Shown one piece after another: positions 7,401-19,400 of a stretch of 44,050 nucleotides of DNA (positions are counted from its first letter, which is position 1; each line of letters opens with the position of its first letter). A model generated the notes under the pieces. It did no database searches. It saw only the letters and a program-made list of their open reading frames with translations, and was not told the origin of the DNA. The translations under genes were made by a program, and so were the position numbers. Location: contig JAFGJY010000034.1 in assembly GCA_016928875.1 (NCBI GenBank), forward strand, positions 1-44,050, written 5' to 3'. This DNA is from Candidatus Omnitrophota bacterium (GTDB taxonomy: Bacteria; Omnitrophota; Omnitrophia; JAHJGZ01; JAFGJY01).

Positions 7401-10400
7401 TGCAACACGTGCGGCACCATCCTTCTTGTTATTTAACATATTAAACTGAGCCGCTATATATTCCTTGTATTTATTATCCAAATCTTTCTGAGCTTCAACA
7501 TATGAATTATTACCAGTGAGAGCCGTTTCATACTTCACGATCTCATCTCTCAATGGTTTCGAATATTTCAAATATCGTGTCAGGCTCTCTATTTCCTTCC
7601 CAAGTTTATTTTTCTTCTCATGCTGAATATCCCCTGTGGCCGCAAGCTTCTCTTTCTTCCCTCTTAACTCATTCTCCTTAGTCTCATAATCCTGCTTGAA
7701 CCCTGTTATCGATTTGATAATTTTTTCATCGATCATGACCGATTTGTATTCTTTTTCATCCATTGAGGCCTTGAACTGTTCAAGCCTATCAAGCATACGG
7801 GATAGATTATTGATCTTAATGATCTTATTCCTTCGGTAATGGACCGAACCTGTATCATCCGCATTTTTGCCGTCAAGTTCTGCTATATCTTTAACATCCT
7901 CATACAATTCTGCGGCTGATACTAACTCATCTACTATAACTTTTTCATCGCTCGTTAAATCCTTCGTTGGGTCGATCTTTGATATTTTCGCGAATCTCTC
8001 ACCAAGGGATTTGATATTACTGCGTATGGTATTATTCTCATTTAAAGCTTTATTGATCGTCTCTAATTTGTGATTGAATATAAGCATCTGATACAAATTA
8101 TCTACAAACGTAGGTTGATTATTTTGCGTATACTCGGCATAGCTTTTCCTCTGATCAACATATTTTTTAATATCGTCCATTATCTTTTTGATCTTATCTG
8201 CAGATACAATGGCCCCGTAATCCTTCCTGACCGCATTATCTATATTTTTCTCGCTACTATCCTTGATCTGTCCATCTATCGACCTTTTTAGTTCACAAAT
8301 ATTCTTATAAACCTCTAGCATCTTTTTGAGTTTATGCGAAATACTGATCAAATGAGCGGGAACATCGCTCCTTTCTAATATCTTATAAACGTCATTCAGT
8401 TCTGAATAAAAGCCCTTTGTTTTGTCATCCGAGGCCGAGGCCAAACCTTTCATTATAAAGTTCTGTATAGAGATCAAGGCAAGGTATGGGTTCTTATCTT
8501 CATAATCGGTCACATCATCGATCGTCAGATACAACCATACCGCGACCGCTTTAGCGACCTGTGCCCTTGTCTCCCCGACTCTTTGGCCTAATGCTAAATA
8601 ACTCTTAAATTCTTTTGAACCTTCCAGCTCGTTTATCAACTTAATATAAATATCTTTAAGCGCAGGGTCTCTTATCTGCTCTATTTTTGATCTAATTTCA
8701 AAGACCATCACTGGCACATTTATCTCGTTGAATAATATATTCACCTTCTCATTTAAGTTCTCAATTGACACTTCGATATCTTCCGAAATGATATAGTTAT
8801 TATTTAAGACCCTAGACCATATCCCGATCAATGACTGTTTATATCCTTCCAATAACTCGGTCTGTTGATCATGCTTTTGATCTGATATTTCGATCATTTC
8901 ATTGCCTGATAGAAGGATGTTTTGAATAAATACGATCTTTTTCGTAACAAGCAACAACCATTTATAATCAAGGTCATCGAGCCTGTTCATATAATACTGG
9001 TATCGTGCTTCAGGCCGATCATCACTTTCGAACTCTGATTCACGTTCAAATCCGATCTCGTTTTCGCTCATGAATTTCTTTAGCTCATTATAGAAATCAG
9101 CACCATTTATTTCGCCTTTCCACACCATCTCTTTAAAATCATTAAGCGATCGTGTTGCTCTCGCTTTGTCACTCCTTATATACATTTCATTTTCCTCCAA
9201 CGCATCATTCACTTGCAACATTGTCTCATCGTCCTTAAAATAATCGATCTGTTTTTGCACTCGGTCGCTTTTCTTAAGGATGTCCGCGCAATATCCAAAG
9301 ATCTCATCCATACTACTCCCTAGGTCTCCTGGAGTCGTATATGACCCTTTAAGCTGGAGAACATACATAATTTTATTAAGGATTGCCTGATGTTCATTAA
9401 TATCAAAGTGAGCGGTTTTCTCAGCTGCACTGGATAGGGCATCTGAAATGAGTTTTACTTTTTCATTGTTCGAGAGGACCTTTTCCGGATCAGGGTCATC
9501 CCATCGCTTTTGTATGCCCCATCCGTAATGTGAGGCGATCGCATGCAGTGTTATTACAGCAAGAAGCGCCAGAGCTATAGCACTAAGCCATGGCAAGGAA
9601 AGCATAAAATGGACAATAGCAAGTATGCCAAAAAATACGACCGGAGGTGCTATCCGTTTCACGAATGGATGCGCGATCCCGACCAACGATACCTTCTTCC
9701 AATGCGGCTTTGATGGCCCCATGTAATCGAGTATGCCTTTTTCGATCGCCTTAAAATAATCGAGTTTTTCAAGCAATCCCTCCACATATTTATTGTCCTT
9801 GATCAAAGTATCCCTCTTGATGTCGCCTTTCATCGTTTCCAATAATTGCAATCTGCGGTATACGCTTATCGATCCCCAGTGAGTCTCGATATATGAATAT
9901 TGCGACTCAAACATTATCCTGCGTATCTGACGTTGAATGTACTGGAAGAGCTTAAAATACTCGATATCAACAATGCCGTAATCACCATATGGTCTGCCAT
10001 TGATAGTTCTTGCCTCTTCATCTATCTTAGCAAAGATAAGGTCCTTTTCTTCATCCGGTGTTTGCGCTATATCCCGGAATTTCATAAAGTTAAGATCTTT
10101 CTCCTCAAGAGAGGCAATATCCGTCATATCGACGAGTAAAAGCCGCAATTTTTCCCAATCATCTAATCTCCCTTGTTCATGGGGCTTAGCTCCGGGCATT
10201 TTGGTTATTGATATATCAAGTATATGCTCAGCACCGTTTTCAGGCGGGGCTCCTTGCAGATCAATATATTTTTGTTTCCAACGCTCATAAAGCCCGATCC
10301 TCGAAACAAATAAATTCGATCGATAATGCTTTTGCTTACCATACATCATAGTATAATAGGTAAGATATTCACCTATGACCCATGAAAAGATATAGATCAA

Positions 10401-13400
10401 CCCACCGCGCCATAAAAGCACCGTATCGATATTAAACACTTGTACCAAACTAATGATGAGAATACCGTACACCCATGGCCGCAGCCACAATGTTGAAGGC
10501 TGACGGATACGCTGAGCATCATCTTTCGGATCGAACTGCGTCATGGTTATGATGTATTTGATCGGTGTTATAATGAGCCCTGCCATCATCAATACTATGA
10601 TCAGGCCATGCATAGAACGGAATAAAATGCCCCATCCTACAGGCAATCCTGTGGCAAAAAACGCAAGATACAGGAACGCTGATGCCACATACAGTCCTAT
10701 CCCGGACCATACCAAAGCCTTGCCAAACTTATTTATGTCTCCGAAATACACATCCCAAATAGAAAATCCCTTCGCCAAGGTATCCTCGATCTCTTTTGAC
10801 GTATCGGCTGCAGATATCCATAGCGGTTTCTTGCCTTTAATGACCGTATACACCCCGACTAATATGGCATTTTGGACAAATAAAGGCCACATGAGGAGTT
10901 TCTGAGAGAAGAACGTTTCCTTAACTGAAAGTTTGAGACGTTTCGCGGTCAATGAAGTAATATCAAATATATTCCATCGTGTTTTTATATTAAGCTTTCT
11001 ATATATCCAATCCCACCTTCTGGCAATCCACCCCGGTGCCGCAAGAACGGCAACGAACGTAATAAAACCCGGTATCCCGTACACGATAAGCGCGCGTATC
11101 ATATAAAACATAAATGCTGATACACGATTGCCCAATAGATAATCCTGGATAGGGCTTATGAACGTAGCAATGGGTGTTTGAGCGATAAGGCCTACGAGCG
11201 GCTGCCACAAATACACACTAAGGAAATAAACCGCTACTGCTGCGGCAACAGCCATAAGCGTAAGTACTATTAAGTTCGTTAGCTGTTCACGGATAGGTTT
11301 TTTCTGGGCCTCACCGAATATCGCACCGACGGTCGCAGGTACGACCTTCGATAACGGTATCATGGTAAACATGACAAAGGCAAAGATAAGGGCTGAAAAG
11401 AGCGGATACGCAGCACCCATGATCCCTGAGGCAACGACCGCCGGCATACCGAAGAGTATTAACCAAATAAGGAACTGCTGCGGGCCGAGGATACCGCCTG
11501 TCACGATCTCCAGGTATTTACGCGACCCGGGCCGCAAGGTGCTCCGGTCATCCTCAACGCCCATGATATCATCGTACTTTTTATACCTAAATTCATTTTG
11601 TAAACGCTCAAGGTGTTGTTTACGTAAGATCAGTTTTTTATATTCATATAAACGTTGATCTTCAATCGTTTGTAATTTTGCTTTGATCGTACGCAATTCA
11701 TCTTCAGTGGCCTTCTTTTCTTCTTCGCTCTCTAGCTTACGCAATTTCTCAGCTGTCAATTCCTTCTCTTTTGTGACTTGGTCGAATTGCTTTTCAAGCG
11801 GTTTTAACGATTCTCTTATGTTAATCTCTCCGCTTTGGATCTTACGTCTGATCTCTTCGGTGCTCATATTCTGAAAGCCCTCAAGCACACGGTTGATCCC
11901 GTCAAGCAGCTGGATCTGTTCCATCATGACCTCAAGAGCTGCGTCACGGTTCTCCCATTTCTTCCCCTTGAACCATGCGCCGAATACGGTATCAGCATGT
12001 AGTAATATGACGTCACCCGGCAGCCATCCCTGCGCACGTTTAATGACCGAATACATGTCGTTCGGATTGTCGCCGATTATCGTATTGAACTTTTCATCAT
12101 CAAATGACTTTATAAGGCGCGCAAAGGTACGCAATGCTTCCCAGTGATCGTGACTACGCGCGATAAACAGCACCGATTGCTTAAAAAGTATATTTTTCGG
12201 ATACAAGACATTATCCATGAACATCTTGCCCCAGGCCGATGATTCCTCGAAGATCTCATCATGGCGATATGCCACATAACGAAGCACGTCTTGGGCAAAT
12301 GCCTGTTCTTCCACGTTCAAATTATATCCTCCGTTGGTGATCGCAATGAATTTCTGCCAAAGCCCAACCACCTCTTTTTTATGTTTACGGACATACGCAG
12401 AGGCTACGGAAACTGAGCTCTTTGTCGATCCGCGCAACATACGCTCTTCAGCATCGGTCTGTTCGAGGAACCTAAACTGCTGCTCAGCCCAAACACGCTG
12501 CGGCGACCCTATTCCGTTGGCTGATACTTGATCGACCTTCTCTCCTGTGTCTGCGTCAACAACCTTCTTCCTGTCAAACAAATATTCGTTTTGATCCCCT
12601 ACGCTTATATGTAAAAAATCACCGATATACGCGATATCTTCGTCATTCGCGTTAGATACCGCCTTCCCGTACATACTGCCTTCTTTTTCTTCGGTCTGGA
12701 TAAATTTGAACTGACCACGACCCGCAAGCTTCTTATAGATAACGATATCTTTCGTTTTATAATGGATAGAGTGTATATCCTTGTCATACACACCAAGATA
12801 CTCATCATCATCATGTTTATTAACATCCCATAAATTACCTAACTCATCGACAAGGTACGTATCAGGCGATATACGAACACCGTCAAGCTTCCTGCAATAC
12901 ACACCCTCATCATCCATAAAAACTTCCTGCACAGTATAAAGCAAGGACCGCTTCCTAATATTTATAGTGCCGTTCCTGTCGGGCTTATCTTCTATATAGA
13001 ACGTATTGGCATGTGCTAACCGCGAGTAGCGGAAAAGATCGCCTTTCTTAGCCATGGCGCCTGTGCCCTTCAAGCTGTGTGTTTGGTAGACCTTATCAGT
13101 TGACTCAATAGCGATCTGGTGCGGCATTACTCCGATAAAGTTAAACGAGAAGCCCGTAATATTCTCTACAAATGAAAGATAATGCCCCCCCGCCCCCGCA
13201 CGATACCTCATTGAGAACCCATCACCACTATTAAGCACATATCCGTCTTGATACGGATATTCACCCTCTTTAATATCCGTTTTCGGATACCGCACTAAGC
13301 GTGCATGGTATTCGATATCTGCTAGTAATTTATCAAGCATAATACGCTTTGAGGTAAAGAGCTCGGAATTAAAATCGTAGATATTCCTAAGTTGTCGTAT

Positions 13401-16400
13401 CATTTTCTCATAATCATCGACTGTTATGAACATAAGGTTCTCACGGCCGCTCTTCTTGATAACGAGTCCCGTTCCGTCATCCGTCCCATCGAAAACTCCA
13501 TCCTCATCAAGCCGGTCCATCATTTTCTTATTAAATCCGGTCGCATAATACCCTCCTACCTCTCCCGCATTCGGATCAGGATTTTGATTCTTTGCAAATG
13601 TCCCTTCGCGTGCGATCACCTTACGCACACCCCAGCCACGAAACATTCCGCGTATATCATAAAGTGATACCATCCCCGACTTGAGGATCGATCCCTCATT
13701 CGTTTCAGAAAGACGTTTATTTTCCGTAATTGTTCGAAATTCCTCTCGCCCAAAAACCTTCATTTCCGCTAACGTCTTCATATCATCGTCTGAAAGTTCT
13801 TCCCCGACAATAAACTGTGGCATGGTAATCAGATCACCCCGGATATCAACAAATGCTTCACCGGCTTTTGCTAATAGTTGCGGCCCGGCTTGTATTTCCT
13901 GCTCCGTTTCACCAAGCATATCTTCATGATCACCTTGTGGAATGGCATTCTTGTAAACTCCGTGATAAAATTCGCGCCACACGATTTCGCCGTCTTCTTC
14001 GACATAATAATACGGCCTGTTAGATACCTCGAATTCACCGGATCTATTGACGAAGCCCACAACGCCATCATTATCAACAACTTCTCTATCGTAAAACACT
14101 CTCATAGTAGGATGGTCTTTCGGAAAACACATAAGCGGCTCTATCGGCATGAGGCGTCCGTCAAGCCCGAACCACGGGAAACTTGCTTCCTGCCACTCAA
14201 CCGCAAAGAGCTCGTCTTTCTTTTCCTTATCGCTGATCGTTGAACCGATATATTGCGCTAATCCCTCGAACTGAGATACTTTTTCACCTTTGGCATTGAG
14301 CGGCGCAGTGACCGAACCGGGCCATGGCTGTATGTCACCTTCAATGACCTTCTGCCTACCGTCCTCTTTAAATTCAATAAAATCATTAGTACGTTCATCA
14401 TAATTATAAAGCTCATACCGTGCCCATACATTACTGTACCCAACGTCTCTGTTATTTGGGCTGACAATATCAGTTATATGGCACATATAGGTCCGACGGG
14501 ACCTGCCGGCCTCTTTATCTTCTTCATATACATTACCGTCCGTGTCGACCAGGAAATAATACGGGGACGGATGCAAAGGATCGATGATCTTTTTATCTGC
14601 AAGCACATTTTCTTTAGGGTCATAATCTTCGCGCTTTCCTTCGGCTATCATAGTGGTCGCTATTTCAAAGCGGACCCTCGGAAGCGGTTTACCGCTACGG
14701 TCAGTAACGATCTCGCCGGCAACTTTGCCGAATCCGCCCGGCCGCCTCAAATATCCTTCTTCATCGAATATATAATCTCCTTTGCGCGCAACTAAATACC
14801 CTTCATGATCATAGAGGTCACCGCCCGACTCAACACGGATAGAAGAATACGCGCTATCAGGCTCTATGGGGACTAAGCGCAAGTTGTCTTTGAAGGTAAC
14901 ATCATAATACCAAACACCATTGATACGCACATCAAAGGTCTCACGCGCGTACATTCCGTTCTTAAGCTCAAGATACGCGTAATAGTCCTCATCATTCATG
15001 ACCTCTTCGTGCTTTGTAGGATCCCACGAAGCATCTTGGTCGTGCTTAAATACACGATAGGTACCGTCATTATTCGGCAACTTGCTCTTTAGTCTCTTAA
15101 TACGCCAGTCATTCATACGTGACATGTAATGCATATGATAATTCGTACCATACGCAAAATACATCATACGGGCCTGATACGCTCTTTGCTTTGCGTTCAA
15201 TGCTTTATAACGATTGTTAATAGGTAAACCAAAACCAAATATGTTCGCATTGTTGCGTTTTGAGATGATAACCCTATTTCTTCCCACATCACGACGGAGC
15301 CGTAAAAATCCGTTCATATGTTCTATAAGAGAACGCGCCTGCGTCGGATCTATCCTATGGTCACTCGAGAACACGGTATAAAATTCGTCAAAGGGATCAT
15401 AATTCCCGAACTGATCTTTCTTCATGTTGGAACGGTAACTACTCTCCCAGATCCCTTCATACACCTGCGATCCATACGTGGATTCAGCAGCCGCAAGGTC
15501 AGAATTAAGGAACAAGGTGGTCTTAAGGTTCGGCGGAATGCGGCCCGTTACTTCGATCTGTTCATTGCCCTGGTAATCAAATGCCTGCTCTTTCTTGTGG
15601 TCTTTAAGGGACGAATGCCACAATAACACAAGCCGCGGCATATAATAAATGAGCGCTGTGATAGCAATGATCAGCACAGTAGCGCCAAGCGTTGTATTGA
15701 GGAACCATATATTCCCGAATAATTGCCCCGGATGGAAGACAGTAAGCAATGACGTAAACCAACCAATATTGCTCAACGGAGTAATATGAGCAGCCAAATT
15801 TACACATAAGGTCAGGAATCCATAATAAAGCCCCAGGGTGAACAGGTTGCGAAAGATATGCTTAACAAACGTTGCTATGATCGTATAAAGCAGGTTCACA
15901 ACGTCCTTATTGATAAACCGGAAGATAAGTGTCGCGGCCGCGAGCACAATGCCGATACTTTGTGCCATGTCAGCCGTGACCAATGAATAGAGCAGGACCA
16001 AGATACCTAATAAGAACGCCTCATGAACAAGGCCATAGGTCGCGCCTTTAATGTAATTCCAGAAATCCTGAATGCGGATCCGCACATTGACGTTCGCCTC
16101 AAAAGCCTTATCGGTAGGCGTACGTTCCATATCACGTTCATCAGGAGTAATATAGCGCCCTGTTTTATTGAAGACAGGACTAAATATACCGAAGAACGTG
16201 GCAACCTGCCGCACAAATTCCTTTAAGCGATCAAGGAAGAAATATACAAGCGAAATAAAAGCAGCCCCTATCAATATGTTTGATAACAACTGATATTGTT
16301 CTATTATTTTTTGACTTATATTGATGAGCAATTCCAGATCCTGTCCGAGATGCACGTTGAGAAGAATTAAAATGATGATCGGAGCCATAAAGACAGTAAA

Positions 16401-19400
16401 TTGCAACACCTTCAAGAAAAAGGCCCGTGTCGATGCCCTCTGCCATGCCTTTCTATCGATCGGCGCACCTTTTCTATCGTCCGGCTTGATCATCGCCAAA
16501 CTCTGTGCGGTATCCGTATCGACTTTCCGGCTCATTCGCTGCAGATAGTTATAGACCGGCGTGTTATAAATAAAAAGATATCTCGTCCCGTGCCAAAAAT
16601 AATACAAAGCGAGTGCAACAAGATAGAATATTGCGAACTGAAAGAGGTGAGGATCAAGAGCAAATGCCATCACGGCCCCTATACCTAAATACACTATTTG
16701 ATGGACCACTCCTTTACGCAAACTGACGATCTGATGTGTCTTGGTCTTCTTAGAAAGCCTCTCAAAGCGGTCCGGTATCCAAAAACGGCGCTGTTCCTTC
16801 ATTTTGAATTCACGGGTACTGTCATCAGTATCTTTCTTAGCGATGTTTTCTATATTTTTCTTAAAACGCCATTTATCATATCTTTTATTTATGAACCGTC
16901 CTACACTGATCGCTATACCGACCGTAAGCACAAAAGGCACAAATGTCGTAAATGCCACATAACTGCCAATGACGAACTGGAAGAAATATGCCGAGAAGGC
17001 GATCAGCGTGAGTACGATACCTGTGTTAAGTGCATGCACAAAACCGCGGGATACTATCTTACGTGCTTCATGCCACACATTTTGTCCTTTAACGTCATTT
17101 CGCCACCTGACGTATGTAATGCCCAGATTAACGAGCATACGTACGCCCCATACGATCCCCATATACATAAGGATGTCGCTGCCTATGCCTAGCGCGAAAG
17201 CGCTTTGAAGGAGTGGTCCAGCATGAAGAAACGCACTGCTAAATTGGTAAGAAACGATGAACATCGGCCCAAAAAGGAGGATATATACAAATAACTGCTG
17301 CAAGAATACCCATAACTGGTGCCATAACTGTTGCAAGAATACCCATAACTGTTGCAAGAATACCCACGCTTTATTAGGTTCTTTAGGTCCCGCGCGTGCC
17401 TCAACTTCTCCTATGCCGGCAGTTGTCCCCTTACCACCATCATCGGTTGAAGCGATCGTACCCGTTTCATCGGCTTTCGTAGGCTTCTCCGCTTCATCCC
17501 TAGCATCTCCTTTACCCTCTTTATCACGTGGCCGTCCATCGCCAGGCTGTTTTTTGATCTTATCTTTAACAAAGCGTGAGACCTTCTTTTGCTTACGCAA
17601 GATCCACTGGAAGATCAGCAATAAACCGGCAACTAAAGCAAGCACCTGAGTCGCATATTTCTTGAAACCCGAAACAAAACCTCTCAAAGGCTGTTCGATC
17701 TTTTCTACAATATTCTGGCCTGCTCGTTCTTCGTAGGCACGCAGCATCTCCGCACCTTCTGCGCGTTGTTCATTAAAGTATTTAAAATAATTTACGAGCA
17801 GTTGCTTTTCAGTATCGTTGAGTGTGACTATATTATTTATGCCGAGCTCACTCCCCAGCTGACCCGTAACCTTACGTGCGAGATCTTGCATAATGTTCTT
17901 GCCTAACACATTGAAGTGGTCTTTCTTTATTACAGTAGCAGAGTACGTATCATAAAGTGTTTGAGCAGACGAGAAATATGGCGTACTGCTCATGCCTGAA
18001 TCATACCCTTCGTCTATAAATACGAGCAATGCCTCGATATCGATCTCTGCTGTACTGACCTGAAGATATCCCGCCATCGTATCAAGGAGCGCCGGTAATT
18101 GCCGCATTAAATACAGCGCTTTCGGTACATCCGCTACTTTCGCGCGCCCCGGCCTGTCGGCTGATTGATAGAGCACATAATAAACGACATCGTCAACAAC
18201 TTTATCAAAACCGTCAAAGGTCGCGCCTTTGTCTTCTTTGAATCCCGACATAGCCGTAACGTAATTCTTTAACAGTGTCTTTTCCGCTTCCGTTAACGGC
18301 GCCTTCGCTATCATCTTTCGAATAATGAGCGGCACCGCAGCATCGACTGTTTGCGTCTTCATGCCTTCCGGCAGAACTGTGATCTCCGGAACACGTACGA
18401 TACCCTTATACACCATGTAGATCGCATCTATTGAGAAATCGCCTGCCTTCATATCGAAGATACGCGCTATTTCTTCGCGAATGGCGAACATGGCCCGATA
18501 TGCCTCAAACGTACTATCGATCTCCGCCTGCGTAGCGTTAGCCGCTGCTATCTGCTCGCGGAAATATACCGTAAACATGTTCTTGGCAAATTGGTCATAC
18601 TCACCTTCCTGCCCTTCATACATCTTCAAGAAATCCTCGAGCGCCTTGTTGAATTCGCGCGATTGCGCCTCAAGGTATATCCCTTTCGCACTGCGCGGAT
18701 TGTTCTCGATCCCGTATAACGAATACTGCGTTTGCGGAAATACTTCTTGCGCTATTTCAAGGATACCGATCTGTCCCCGCTCATCCCTGTGGTCAAAATA
18801 CGCGAGAGCTTGCATATCCTGCTCATCGAACTCCTTCGCATATTTCAAGCGGCCTTCCTGTATATTGATGATCTTCCGCAGTACCGGCGGCATATCATCG
18901 GTCTTCGCCCGTGCGACCTTAAGATCACGGCGAACCGTTTCCTTTTTCTGCCAGATACCGTATACCTTGTGCTCAAGCAATTCTAACGGCATATTCTTAT
19001 CAAGCATCCTCACTGCCAGTGATCTTGTGAATTCTGCGGCTTTGATCTTATTTACCTTAGAGACTGCCCAGCCTGTATCATCATAATATGTGCGGTATTC
19101 TTCGAGACCGATCCATTCACCTGCTTCGTCATAGTGCTTTGAATACAGTATAGAATGTACCTTGTTCGCGTAAAACTCGATTATCTGTTTCTCTAATGTA
19201 TTGATCGCATTTGTCAATGACTCGCCTTCGCTTATTTTGATCATATGCAGCAATGGATCTATTTCAGGATACTGATCGATCATGTAGTCATACTTGTTCA
19301 TGGCTTCGCTGAGCATAACAAGATAGGGACGGGCATCCTCGTCAGCTCGCAACATAGTATCTAATTGCGCATATACGCTGCTAATCTCAGAAACAACATC

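Noticed and set aside
12490-15140. Intein as the explanation for the GT insertion
   Set aside because: No Cys/Ser-start block, no His-Asn followed by Cys/Ser/Thr at the junction, and no LAGLIDADG motifs were seen.
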